Source: Ranitomeya imitator
Taxonomy: Eukaryota
DNA: 64,000 bases
Reading direction: 5' to 3'
Assembly (NCBI RefSeq): GCF_032444005.1
Contig: NC_091291.1
Span: forward strand, 133,982,001-134,046,000
Under the pieces are notes generated by a model. The model searched no databases. It saw only the letters and a program-made list of their open reading frames with translations, and was not told where the DNA came from. A program made the position numbers and the translations under genes. Within the stretch, counting starts at the first letter, position 1, and the number at the start of each line of letters is the position of its first letter. Shown piece after piece: positions 21,701 through 29,861 of this stretch.

Positions 21701-24265
21701 GCATACACCCCATGGTTCCTGTGTCCCCCAATGGAGGCTCCGAGAAAAAGATTTTACGGTAAGGAACCAAAAATCCTGTTTTTATGAAACAATAATACTT
21801 CTTTAAATTCCTGCATCTAGAGGTGAGTGGAATTGGTGATCTCACGTCTGTTACGGTGTTACCGAAGCCTGCCGGAGCCTAAGGTATCGTGCACCTGTGC
21901 CATTCTCATCATTAGGATGTGTGCATGGTACCTAACAATTGTGCACCTTTCCCTGCGGACTTTAGTGGACATCACCAGTCTCGCACACCTCCAATACAGA
22001 AGTTTGCAGACCTGGAATATCTCTTTAAAGGGGTCCTGCAGTGATCAGGACAGAGAGCACAAACCGCTCATAGGACATGAAACATACAGGTCATGCACCT
22101 CTATATCAGCATTGCTGTCCACTTCAGAAGCATAATTAGCGTGTAAAAAAGTCCAACCCAAAATCTGCAGCTTTTTCATCTGAATTGAGCCAATACCCAA
22201 CTGAAGAGAACATTACGGGACTTATGCGTGAAACTGTGCGGACCAAAGACTTCTCAGGCTCCCAGCATGCCAAGGGGGTTCATGTGTTTTTTTAATTTAT
22301 TTACTGAAGTGTATTCAGTTTTAGTTAATGATCCATTCAGGTTATTAATATTACTTTTGCCCCTCAGTGCCGGACAGATCATTACTGGAACAGCTAAGAA
22401 ACATAGCCCTGAAAGAAGAGAAACCTAAACCATCCATAGAGAGAATGACCGAAAGCAAGACTAAGCCAAAAGTAGGCCTGATAGAAGTGATCTCCAGCAC
22501 AGAGCTACATGAGGATCCGCCGGGCCCTCCACAGTGTGACCTGCCGCCACCTCCACAGTATGACTTGGAAGTAATAAGGGACAAGTCTGGGAAAACACAG
22601 AAACTAGTTCTGACGGCACAGTTACAAGGGGTGCGCTCTGTCTCCAGCTGTGATCTAAATGTATCTAAGGTAAGAGGATCGACGTGCATCACTTGTTTGA
22701 TAAATCTGTCTCAGCAATCACAGGCAATAACTTTCACATGGGGTAAAATTCTGACACTTTTTCTATGGCAGGGTCTGAGGTGGAGAAGAGAAGCGACTTT
22801 TGTTTCTCTTCATGTGGCTTTACTAAATAAATGTCATAATTTTGGCTAGGCTGGCAGTAAAATGAAAAAAGTTTTATAGATGCTGAAATGCAGAGAGGCA
22901 AAAGAGAAAATTGTTTGATTATTAATAGATTACAGTATATATTAAATGATGGCGCACACTCTCACCAATATATTAGTTACTTTTGCTATTTTTTTTAAAA
23001 CTTGTAGCAAGCTTTGCGTATAGTATTTTTCTAATAGTATTGTCCAGGAAAAATAGCCATAAAAGATGTGAAGGTTTAAGAAAAAAGTTAAGCAAAACCT
23101 GGCCTTGGAAAAGTCTTTCTTTAATGCAAGTAAAAAAAAAAAAAAAAAAATGCTACTGAAAAATGCTCTGTAAAAGAGGCCTGGATGTGAGTCAAGATTC
23201 ACAGGCCAGTTTACACATCCAACATTCATGGTCTGAATGGTCCGAGTACAGACCGCTATGTTAGGGCTCTTTCAAACGTCCTGATATTTTTGGTACTGGT
23301 TCTTTGTCAAGCTTGACAAAGAACAATTGTGTTCGAAACGCGTTGCTTGCTGACCATCCTGTCTCCAGTTTTTCCAACCTTGATGAAATAAAGACTACAT
23401 TTGATATTTTACCAGAAGCTGGAACTCCTCCTTTTTCTACATTTGCCAACACGAGTGGTCTGCTCTCGTTGTTATCAGTTGAATACAACTACCAACATTC
23501 TCGCCTGCTATCGCTGATCGCAGCGTGAGCAAGGGCTAATGATGAGAGCTGACTTCAGCACCCGGTGCCGAGAAACAGCGCTAACATTACCGCTGCTCGC
23601 CAGGAGCCGGTACGTGTCACACTGATGACATCTGTGTGCACAACGTTTTGCGGCCAGTGCTGCTGTTAAAAAAAAAAAAAAAACGGACAGGTCAGCGTGT
23701 TTTGCCCATGGACACACTGTTTGTGGAAACACACTGATGTGCACAGACCCATTCACTTGAAAGGTTTCACACGTAGACCCAATCACCACATGTATCGACA
23801 CAATGACATCAGAAAGAGGGCCTAAGATGTGCTGAAGGTCCCCTGAACAGGACTGAACATTTGGGTCAAAGGATGCGGAGCCAGTCCTCACATTAAGGTC
23901 CATCCTTGGTCTGTGAATGACCCTAAGAGAAGTTGGTTCAGAAATGATGTGATAGAGGGAATATTAACAGATCTGGAAATTAAGAGAGCCTATCACAAGG
24001 TCAAAAGTGGTCACTGTTTTGCTCTTATTTTGTTCCCACAACTTTCCTGAGTATTCAGATTTAAAAAATTTTTTTTTTTACTGTGGATTACGGTAGTAAA
24101 TCCGACAATTAAATTCCTTTTACTTTTTAGGATGATTTGCTGCTTGAAGTCCCTGGAACATACAGATTGTGCTTAGATCTTCCTGCGCTGGTGAATGAAG
24201 ATACGGTTACTGCAAAGTACAACAAAGCAAACAGCAGCCTGACCGTCTCCATGTGTGTGTTATAG
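6570..24265 (+). CDS. PIH1D2: PIH1 domain-containing protein 2; join(6570-6752,11059-11182,18494-18727,22368-22669,24131-24265), 325 aa
   Basis: Translation matches remembered vertebrate PIH1D2 (LLSQVNHFWGMLDD..PEPHWCLQTKIL; FINICGW; LIEVISSTE; DDLLLEVP); 978 nt, phases 0,1,1,0 consistent; synteny with DLAT. Confidence 0.93.
7648..7992. mobile_element. Harbinger-like MITE
   Basis: TIR GGCTATGTGCACAC/GTGTGCACATAGCC, flanked by tta/tga. Confidence 0.7.
8457..10494. mobile_element. PLE-derived palindromic insertion (932-bp arms 8503-9434 and 9564-10495, 129-bp spacer)
   Basis: 16-bp TSD GTGTGATGTGTAAGGT (8441-8456, 10495-10510); arms near-identical (3 mismatches seen near 8630-8690); PLE-type HHR in spacer. 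Confidence 0.85.
9521..9559 (+). ncRNA. Minimal type I hammerhead ribozyme motif
   Basis: CTC-CTGATGA-A-CCTC(ggttaa)GAGG-G-GAAA-CGCG-TC-GAG: canonical core, stem II, palindromic stem III, predicted cleavage after C9556. Confidence 0.8.
10639..10930. mobile_element. Possible small TIR element (MITE)
   Basis: Imperfect ~23-bp terminal inverted repeat taaaacccttttctcattgaata / tattcaatgagaaagggatttta. Confidence 0.4.
11059..11182 (+). CDS. PIH1D2: PIH1D2 coding exon 2
   Basis: cag|GAA..GCAG|gtgag, 124 nt, EPDERLFFINICGWRRVPAP. Confidence 0.92.
11329..11521. mobile_element. Harbinger-like MITE
   Basis: TIR gggtaccgtcacactagcagtatt / aatactgctagtgtgacggcagcc, flanked taa/tta. Confidence 0.7.
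12532..12572 (-). ncRNA. Hammerhead-like motif with variant core in PLE terminal repeat (copy 1; copy 2 at 16517-16557)
   Basis: GGAC-CCGTTGA-A-GCAC(atacc)GTGC-GAAA-CGGCCG-TC-GTCC. Confidence 0.6.
12850..15339 (-). CDS. PLE ORF2: reverse transcriptase + Cys-rich linker + GIY-YIG endonuclease, 829 aa, uninterrupted
   Basis: RT motifs DVVNLYTRIP, GTAMGTPTSCTYANLF, RFVDD; CGNCRFC linker; VVYVLFCPCRYFYIGKT..RFTEH..E..GLN. Confidence 0.95.
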   Translation of the reverse strand: MEKIVEKEKDELQVLNLSKRTLSDDHISLLSKGLNFCLPENFDLTSFKIDLFKNVRKLHLKKFFHKDKQQTVNSSDLKLQQDISLVSDEDIGSLGFMVPSSQNTAEMDDSILLLSINDPSLLPSTNIKNTISPQTKPFKGGNQSRFVPPVSPGNVIDLFQELVIKDVEAILYQAPSKNLSNKELLALKELQKWDDIVIRRADKGGNIVIMDKQYYISEALSQLHDENTYCVLSQNPTQNYKTKLRSLLRKYVEKGILPKKRAESLLLEYPQFPYWYSIPKVHKCMKEPPGRPIISGINSVTEPLSQYIDWLLKPLLQSIPSYIKDSGDLVLALREIDWQPTFSLTSIDVVNLYTRIPKEKGIQAIQKILQNRNLDSNIISFIMESLDFILSHNSFKFMDKWYKQLMGTAMGTPTSCTYANLFLAAFEDTYINNINNPFLKYIRFYVRFVDDIMIIWDGDKTVFNDFVKYLNVSNSENMMFTSCFGADSLEYLDVKIEIVDSEIVTKVFRKETATNNMLHFDSDHPAHTKRGLPYSQMVRLRKINSNNKIFEEQIDELKSRFIDRGYPKQTLIEAEKRIKEFSQKDFLSKRSGVKHSLSKGIIGAEKFPPSFPFSFCFKHTNLDQAIHASIRKNWHVLQTDKDLMSIISHAPKFVYKRAHNLSDLLVHNKILATKQNWLTNNAPIGNHKCGNCRFCHLHVTHNPIKIGSITHKIQDFISCKSKFVVYVLFCPCRYFYIGKTIRPLIKRFTEHYNSIASGKGCQRLIQHMREKHNANPNLLLFAGIEIVKYPSQGGDQNRLLLQKEARWILNTNAQGPIGLNDKLDMSVFL
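15327..16139 (-). CDS. PLE ORF1, 270 aa helical/coiled-coil protein overlapping ORF2 in the -1 frame
   Basis: Intact ORF; PRGLR..EWEKI..CS and KKEKFLRDKNDF..W resemble PLE N-terminal regions (from memory, no search run). Confidence 0.8.
   Translation of the reverse strand: MDENMDSAENAGLESHGVLAGREGAVEFFADCNLKDELQIISTKTLETKIYTLAEKEMRLFWTIKSLKSYIECDRVPRGLRVFKEISQFQHDSSFQEEWEKIHLQCSRSLLHLVTAQNEKEYAQLCQELEKAKSELSLRLTENQYKNFTNKLERKLTLLQMEIKQLKKEKFLRDKNDFDMGQVFTWNKNKNKQPTFFNRNRSYKSNKSYKKKKQDGWVTDSESSAAEEAGETSLVTPAKKVPAIPLEVKSDEGEESATIRKKRKQVSWKR
16835..17851 (-). pseudogene. 5'-truncated duplicate of the PLE ORF2 C-terminus (thumb + GIY-YIG)
   Basis: Same translation as last 338 aa of ORF2; part of the partial tandem. 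Confidence 0.9.
18149..18189 (+). ncRNA. Hammerhead-like motif (inverted PLE segment, sense to PIH1D2)
   Basis: Reverse complement of 12532-12572. Confidence 0.6.
18494..18727 (+). CDS. PIH1D2: PIH1D2 coding exon 3
   Basis: ctgccag|TA..GAAG|gtgaat, 234 nt, ISIAYSPEILKKADEDPVEKDQLIRLAMKYIEQ. Confidence 0.88.
19212..21781 (+). mobile_element. DIRS-type element, internally deleted (gag-like ORF retained; RT/RNaseH/most of YR lost)
   Basis: Inverted termini, internal complementary region 21394-21494 matching both ends, gag-like ORFs 19764-20666 and 20724-21074, YR tail AHSTRAVGASWA..KAATWSS after junction ~21145. Confidence 0.88.
22368..22669 (+). CDS. PIH1D2: PIH1D2 coding exon 4
   Basis: cctcag|TG..AAG|gtaaga, 302 nt, GLIEVISSTE..SVSSCDLNVSK. 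Confidence 0.92.
23264..23822. mobile_element. Harbinger-like MITE containing a PLE terminal-repeat fragment (~23299-23510)
   Basis: Ends gggctctttc / gaaagagggcc; inner HHR-like motif followed by AATAAA 23387-23392. Confidence 0.55.
23308..23349 (+). ncRNA. Hammerhead-like motif with U3-A8 core swap
   Basis: CAAGC-TTGACAA-A-GAAC(aattgt)GTTC-GAAA-CGCG-TT-GCTTG. Confidence 0.55.
24131..24265 (+). CDS. PIH1D2: PIH1D2 last coding exon
   Basis: ttttag|GAT GAT..TTA TAG, DDLLLEVPGTYRLCLDLP. Confidence 0.93.
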   Translation, partial: DDLLLEVPGTYRLCLDLPALVNEDTVTAKYNKANSSLTVSMCVL

Positions 24266-24335
24266 CTGCACCTACCGACAACTTGCAGTACGATGCCAGG
24301 ACCACGGCCTAATATCCTGTAGCAGTGGAGTGTAA

Positions 24336-24683
24336 GGGAATGTGCACACGTAGAAAGCTCCTCTGCGGATTTTTCCACAGCGGATTTTATAAATCCGCAG
24401 GGAAAAACCGCTGCGGTTTTTCCTGCGGATTTATCGCGTTTTCTATTGCGGATTCCACTGCGGATTTACATCTGCAGTTTTCTATTGGAGCAGATGTAAA
24501 ACCACTGCAGATTCCGCACAAAGAATTGACATGCTGCGGAAAATAAAACGCTGCGTTTCCGCGCGTTTTTTTCCGCTGCATATGCACAGCAGTTTTTTGT
24601 TTACCATAGGTTTACATTGTACTGTAAACTCATGGGAAACTGCTGCGGATCCGCAGCGAAATCCGCAACGTGTGCACATACCC
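24336..24683. mobile_element. Harbinger-like MITE just 3' of the PIH1D2 stop
   Basis: TIR gggaatgtgcacacg / cgtgtgcacataccc; same family as 7648-7992. Confidence 0.7.
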
Positions 24684-26630
24684 GTAATGTCTTCAGTTTG
24701 TTCACAGCTGCCCTGCAGTGTTCTAGCCTGAGTGTAAAGTTCAGCACCTGCGGCACCCTGTGATTTTATTTTCTACCATTAGTTGAGTACCACATATTCA
24801 CACCCAATTGCAAAACCCAAAGTGGATAAATGTAAAGCAGCACAATAGATGTAAAGCTACAGCGCTGTGGTGGTATGTTCAGGAGCTGGGGCGCATTCAC
24901 ACTGAAGAATCAGGAGCGTTCATTTGCAGGTTGTGGTTCTGCCTAAATAAGCTACAAATCCACTGACAAACGAGCAGAGAGGTCGTCTTTCGTCAGGGGA
25001 AATGCTTATTAAGCCTTTTGTAAAATCAATGTTCTTGGCAGCACCTTGTCCTGTGTGAACATGCAGCTACTAGTGGTATTTTATGCGCACACGATTGCGT
25101 TAATGTTCTCTGTACATGAAAGTGCTGCCAACCTGTCTGACTAGCTATTATTTAACAGCTATTTTTTTTTTTTTTACTATAAATGTGTCCTTAGGTCGTG
25201 TTCAGATGATATTTGTGATGCGATTTTCCAAAAATGTTAAATCTTAGCAATTTTCCCGTGCTCTCAGAATATCAGTGCAAAAAAAAAAAAACAAATGGTA
25301 CAAATGCATTGTGTGAACACAACCCTAGGTTACATCTAAACAGAAAATCATAGCCACATAGAAAATCTGCAGATTATAGAAGCAGCCGTGAGGACGCGCT
25401 GAAAACCCAATTAACATGCTGCGAAAAATAAAGTCTGTGAGGGGGAGTGGACGTGTGGATTTTCAAATGCACAAAATGTCCCTTTCTGCTTAAAAATGTT
25501 CACCCTTTTGATTTAGAGGGATGAAATTTGCAGGCAAATAAATTTCGCTACAGAATATAGCTCCAATTAAAGTGTAGCAGCCTCTATTCTTTTTGACATG
25601 TGGCGCTGCAGTAGCTGGCGATGACCAGCAGAGGTTGCTACACTTTACAGCAGCCCTGTCCGCCCACCGCAGCAAAGATCAGCTGATCACTGGGGGCACC
25701 AGGTGTCACCCCCCATCACTATATACACATATATACACACTCTCTTTCTTTCTCCAATGATCTGCTATTGGTAACCTATGCTATCGATAATCATCAATAG
25801 CGTATACCTGGACAGCCTCTTAAACAGGCTGAGACTTTTTTTTTTTCCCTATCACAATGTTAAAGGTGACATATAAGAAGAGGGATTGTACGTTTCCATT
25901 ATTCTGCTTGAATATTTCTTAGACATTAGTTTACTGAAGAATGTGACATTTACTAGCGAAGAACAATAAGACAACGTGCAGTAATTTCAGTAATACAAAA
26001 ACCAAAATTAAAACAGTCCTCTGAATGCGGCTCACAGAAGAAATGTGCCTGCGTGCAACCAACTCAGCCCTATTCAGAAGAGAATAAAATATCCAGCATC
26101 AAATCTGCCCCGTGAATATACCTGGAGGGATGTTTGTACCTTAGATTCACTGTGGATTCTCCTTCCGAAATCTACATGGAAAATACAAGACACCAGAAGT
26201 ATAGAGAATTAAATTGGATAATCCTTATCTACGCCCCGCAGGTAATTTATATATGGAAAATTCACCTATGCAGAATGTCAATTTTGTGCAAAGGCTGAAA
26301 CCTGTGGAAATTGGCATGAAGGGTCCATCGCCTGATTCATCACTTGTTTGTGTCAATGTTCTTCTGGTTTTATTTACTGGTGGACAACAAACTAATCAAA
26401 ATAGTAGAAAATGTCCATTTGGTGTGAATGTCAGTAAGCTTTAATATGGGGCAGGGCTGTTTTTAGGTACTTATATGTATGACAAAAGTTATATTAAATT
26501 TGTACTCCACTAGTGTCAATGCAGAATAGCTTTTTTCCCCCCTATGTCCTTTTAATAATTGGAAATTAATGCATACCTCAAAATATGTTGTAAGTCGCTA
26601 CAGATATAAAAGTTAGTCTGCAAATATGTA

Positions 26631-29600
26631 CACTACAGTTCCAAAGTTAGGGTCACCTAAACAATGGTGTTTTCCATGAAAACTCATACTTTTATTAATC
26701 AAATGAGTTGCCAAATGAATTGAAAATCTAGTCCAGACATTGACAAGGTTTGAAAAGAGGATTTTTATTTGAAATAATTTTCTCCTTCAATCTTTGCTCC
26801 CTTTGCAGCAATTCCAGCATTGCAGACCTTTGGCATTCTAGCAGTTAATTTGCTGAGGTAATCTGGAGAAATGTCCCCCCATGCTTCCAGAAGCCCCTCT
26901 CACAAGTTGGTTTGGCTTGATGGGCACTTTTTGCACCATACGGTCAAGCTGCTCCCACAACAGCTCAATGGGGTTGAGATCTGGTGACTGCGCAGGCCGC
27001 TCCATTACAGATAGAATACCAGCTGCCGGCTTCTTCCCTAAATAGTTCTTGCAGAATTTGGAGGTGTGCCTTGGGTCATTGTCCTGTTGCATGAGGAAAT
27101 TGGCTCAAATCAAGCGCTGCCCACAGGGTATGGCACGGCATTGCAAAATGGAGCGATAGCCTTCTTTATTCAAAATCCCTTTTACCTTGTACAAATCTCC
27201 CACTTTACCAGCACCAAAGCAGATGGCGTCAGGCACTCTTCCAGCGTCTTTTCAGTTCTTCTGCGTCTCACAAATGTTCTGTGTGATCCAAACACTTCAA
27301 ACTTGGATTCGTCTGTCCATAACACTTTTTTCCCATCTTCCTCTGTCCAATGTCTGTGTTCTTTTGCCCGTATAATTTTTTTCCTTTTATTAGCCAGTCT
27401 CAGATATGGCTTTTCTTTGCCTCTCTGCCCTGAAGACCAGCATCCCAGAGTCGCCTCTTCACTGTAGACGTTGACACTGACGTTTTGCGTGTACTATTTA
27501 ATGAAGCTGCCAGTTGAGGACCTGTGAGGCGTCGATTTCTCAAACTACAGACTCTAATGTACTTGTCTTGTTGCTCAGTTGTGCAGCAGGGCCTCCCACT
27601 TCTCTTTCTACTCTGGTTAGTGCTCTCCTCTGAAGGGAGTAGTACACACCATTGTAAGAAATCTTCAGTTTCTTGGTGATTTCTCGCATGGAATGGCCTT
27701 CATTTCTAAGAACGAGAATAGACTGTCGAATTTCAAATCAACGTTCTTTTTTTCTGGCCATTTTGAGAGTTTAATGGAACCAACAAATGTAATGCTCCAG
27801 ATTCTCAACTATCTCAAAGGAAGGTCAGGGTTATAGCTTCTCTAATCAGCCAAACTGTTTTCAGCTGTGCTAACATACTTGCACAAGGGATTCTAACCAT
27901 CCATTAGTCTTCTTACACAGTTAGCAAACACAAAGGACCATAAGAACACTGGAGTGATGGTTGTTGGAAATGGGCCTCTATACACCTATGAAGATATTGC
28001 ATTACAAACCAGACGTTTGCAGCTAGAATAGTCATTTACCACATTAACAATGTATAGAGTGTATTTCTGAATCATTTAATGTTCGCTTCATTGGAAAAAA
28101 CTACTCTTCTTTCAAAAATAAGGAAATTTCTAAGTGACCCTAAAGTTTTGCTTTCAAAATATTTTATTGAATTTTAACTTTAACCGGTAGGATAAATTAG
28201 GGAAGGGAGGAGGGGAAAGGGAGGGGTATGGAGGTAGGGAAAAACAAACCCCCTGACAAAAAGGGGGGAAACAGGCAATCATACAGTAGAATAATATAAA
28301 CACAGTAAGATAACAAGTATTATGTGCAGTTTCACCATACCATAGTAACTAAGATGAAGAAATATACATCAAAGACCATAGTAGATAACTAGTAGGTATT
28401 CGTATGTGAAGGCCTGTTATAAGTATTAGCTTAATGTATTTAAGTGTATAGAGTAACACGATAGGTTATTAAACTGACACATATTTGATTTTATGTGGAT
28501 TCATTGAGTATGTATTTAAAACTATGTTGACTGACTGGTAGGAATTAATATATGAAGGCCTGTTATATGTTTTGGCTTAATGTATGGTGTGTAATAACAT
28601 ATCAGGAGACACCAATGGTGATCCTGCGACTATGTGGGCAGTAAAATATCTGGCTCAATATTAAGGCTAATCTTTGGGAAAGTTGCATCTATAAACTGTA
28701 TAGGATGTTGTGAGAGTAGGTGTCAATGTGTGCAGAACAAAACTACAGTTCATGCAGGACCATTGTAGGTTCTTAGAGATTTCCGGCCAAGTTGCTTGGA
28801 GATTCCAGGAGGATTTAGGCCATGGTGCTGTAGAAAGGATAGGCCCTCTACTGGATTTGCAACATAAACGTTTCCAGACAAGAGTTTTATCGTAAGGGTA
28901 GAGGAGGGGGACCACGAATATGTAAAGTGTGCCCTCCGAAGTTCCTGTGTAATAGATGCAAAGTCTTTACGCTTTTTCAGAGTGTCTCTAGATAAATCTC
29001 TAAAAAATGATAACTGACTATATCAGGAGAGTTGGAAGTTCTTATCGGAGGGGAGATCAAATAATTTACTTCTAATCCAAGCCGGGAAAAATGAGACAAT
29101 GATGTCCCTTGGCACGCCTTGTGGGAGAAACGCAGGTCTTTTGATTCGGAAAGCTTTTTCAATAATGTTCGGTTCACTGGCCTCAGGAATGAATTTGTGA
29201 ATCATTTTAAGAATATAATCCTTCAAATGTGGGGGTTTAATAGATTCAGGAACTCCTCTTATTTTTACGTTATTTCTCCGTCTGTGGTCCTCAAGACTAG
29301 CCATATTGCTTTTTAGAGTATCAATGTCTTTTTGTAGATCATTCACTATAGTTCCAGATATAGGGGGGGTCAGCGAACTAACCGAGTAGGGAAGATCTAA
29401 GCTCCTGGGTGAGAAGTCCTCTTCGCTGTTATCGGATGAGTATACAGAGGGAGAATATGAGTCGCATATAGACGAGGAGCGATCACTTTTGGATGACCTT
29501 GAAGAAGATGCCGATGAGGATGAGTCAATGCTCTCTGCAACAGAAGTCAGTGCGTCTCTTATGTAGGACTCAGACGCTGTCTCCATGCCATCTGACTCTG

Positions 29601-29861
29601 TATTAGGCGGTTTGTAAGAGAGTCTGTAAACAATCATTGACATGGTTTCCTCCATTTTTTCATTAAGGATGTCACAGAAGCTTGTTAGTAAATCGTCTAT
29701 ATTTATTTTAGTGGGAGGACCTTCTGTTACTGATGTTTCCACTGATCCGAGTAATGGACATGAGGTGATTGATGTGGAGCACTTCTCCTCCAGATCGGTT
29801 GAACTGCTGTGGACCTTTAGTTGTGTTTTTTGTGAAGACCCTAAAGTTTTGAACGGTAGTG
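26631..29861 (-). mobile_element. Degenerate Tc1/mariner transposon (~1.5 kb net), interrupted in one TIR by an L1 derivative
   Basis: TA flanks 26629-30 and 29862-63; TIR cactacagttccaaagttagggtcac; transposase motifs QDNDPRHTSK and PAQSPDLNPIE (ORF 26838-27092). Confidence 0.9.
28151..29836 (-). mobile_element. L1-derived insertion encoding only a 5'-truncated ORF1p (one in-frame stop) plus ~600-bp tail
   Basis: 15-bp TSD GACCCTAAAGTTTTG (28136-28150, 29837-29851); LEDHRRRNNVKIRGVPE, PRDIIVSF, DLSRDTLKKRK; stop 28750-52; AATAAA on - strand at 28163-68. Confidence 0.8.

Noticed and set aside
29023-29025. In-frame TGA as programmed readthrough or selenocysteine
   Set aside because: No SECIS evidence; a simple nonsense mutation in a dead copy is more parsimonious
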